Below are positions 7,570 through 7,863 of a DNA stretch of 7,863 nt, piece after piece. Position numbers and translations under genes: made by a program. The notes beneath the pieces were generated by a model. It worked only from the letters and a program-made list of their open reading frames with translations, had not been told where the DNA came from and ran no database searches. The stretch's first letter is position 1; the number at the start of each line of letters is the position of its first letter. Origin of the DNA: a virus (Duplodnaviria; Heunggongvirae; Uroviricota; Caudoviricetes); the IMG/VR virus record IMGVR_UViG_2802429226_000012, positions 1 to 7,863 of that record, one strand, 5' to 3'.

Positions 7570-7863
7570 ATGGATATAACACCTTTCCTTCACGCGCTTT
7601 GTGCTGTGGCTGCGCAGGTACTGGTTGGTCTTTTTACCGGAAACTGGGCTTACGGGGCGATAGCCGGTTGTACATTCTTCATTGCGCGGGAACACACCCA
7701 GGCAGAATATCGCTGGATTGAAATGTTCGGGCATGGCAAGCGGATTAACATGCCGTGGTGGGGCGGTTTTGATCCACGTGCATGGGATGTGGCAAGCCTG
7801 ATGGATTTTGCTGTGCCGGTGGTGGCGTGTCTGCTGGTCTGGCTGTTGGTTAATCGCGGGTGA
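7570..7863 (+). CDS. Small predicted inner-membrane protein (2-3 hydrophobic segments), function unknown; possible moron or accessory gene
   Basis: ORF track starts at a TTG (7552) that overlaps the upstream stop; I prefer the ATG at 7570, preceded by a strong SD (AAAGGAGGAG, 7558..7567). 97-aa product with hydrophobic stretches FLHALCAVAAQVLVGLFTGNWAYGAIAGCTFFIA and FAVPVVACLLVWLLV. GC-rich, unlike the two upstream genes. Stop TGA at 7861..7863, the last codon of the window. Confidence 0.55.
   Translation: MDITPFLHALCAVAAQVLVGLFTGNWAYGAIAGCTFFIAREHTQAEYRWIEMFGHGKRINMPWWGGFDPRAWDVASLMDFAVPVVACLLVWLLVNRG

Noticed and set aside
7239-7734. Minus-strand ORFs (79 and 116 aa) overlapping the S74-domain gene and the membrane protein gene
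   Set aside because: Antisense to ORFs with strong motif and RBS support; no independent signal.
4123-7863. Invertible host-range segment (Gin/Pin/Cin type) around the fibre tip genes
   Set aside because: I searched by eye for hix/gix-like crossover sites (AAACC-NN-GGTTT cores in inverted orientation flanking the fibre C-terminus) and for an invertase gene; none found, and all genes are co-oriented.
1-7863. CRISPR arrays, tRNA or rRNA genes, IS elements or integrase
   Set aside because: No short regularly spaced direct repeats, no tRNA-like cloverleaf candidates and no transposase or integrase-like ORFs were seen; the only repeat is the in-frame coding repeat in stf.

Overview
This window reads as the distal end of the late (tail) operon of a lambda-like siphovirus or prophage from an enterobacterial host, all genes on the + strand. 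It holds tail assembly protein I (1..648), the host-specificity central tail fibre J (709..4122), a terminator-like hairpin where lambda carries lom, and a long side tail fibre gene stf (4183..6564). The stf gene has a lambda-like N-terminus, an Ala/Ser/Thr-rich shaft with a 189-bp tandem repeat, and an AT-rich C-terminal domain ending in a LamG/concanavalin-A-like motif. Downstream, where a canonical tail-fibre assembly gene (tfa) would be expected, there is a non-canonical AT-rich cassette: a 93-aa very acidic protein whose ATG overlaps the stf stop by 1 nt (6564..6845), and a 234-aa fibre-like protein with a clear C-terminal peptidase-S74 intramolecular chaperone domain (6855..7559). A GC-rich small membrane protein gene follows (7570..7863). 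I found no rRNA, tRNA, CRISPR array, transposase or invertase. The most interesting signal is the apparently swapped distal fibre module (LamG-like tip, acidic coupled ORF, short S74 protein), which looks like a horizontally acquired replacement for the usual stf-tfa pair. All homology statements rest on my recollection of the lambda I, J and Stf proteins and of Pfam family consensus motifs; no database search was run.
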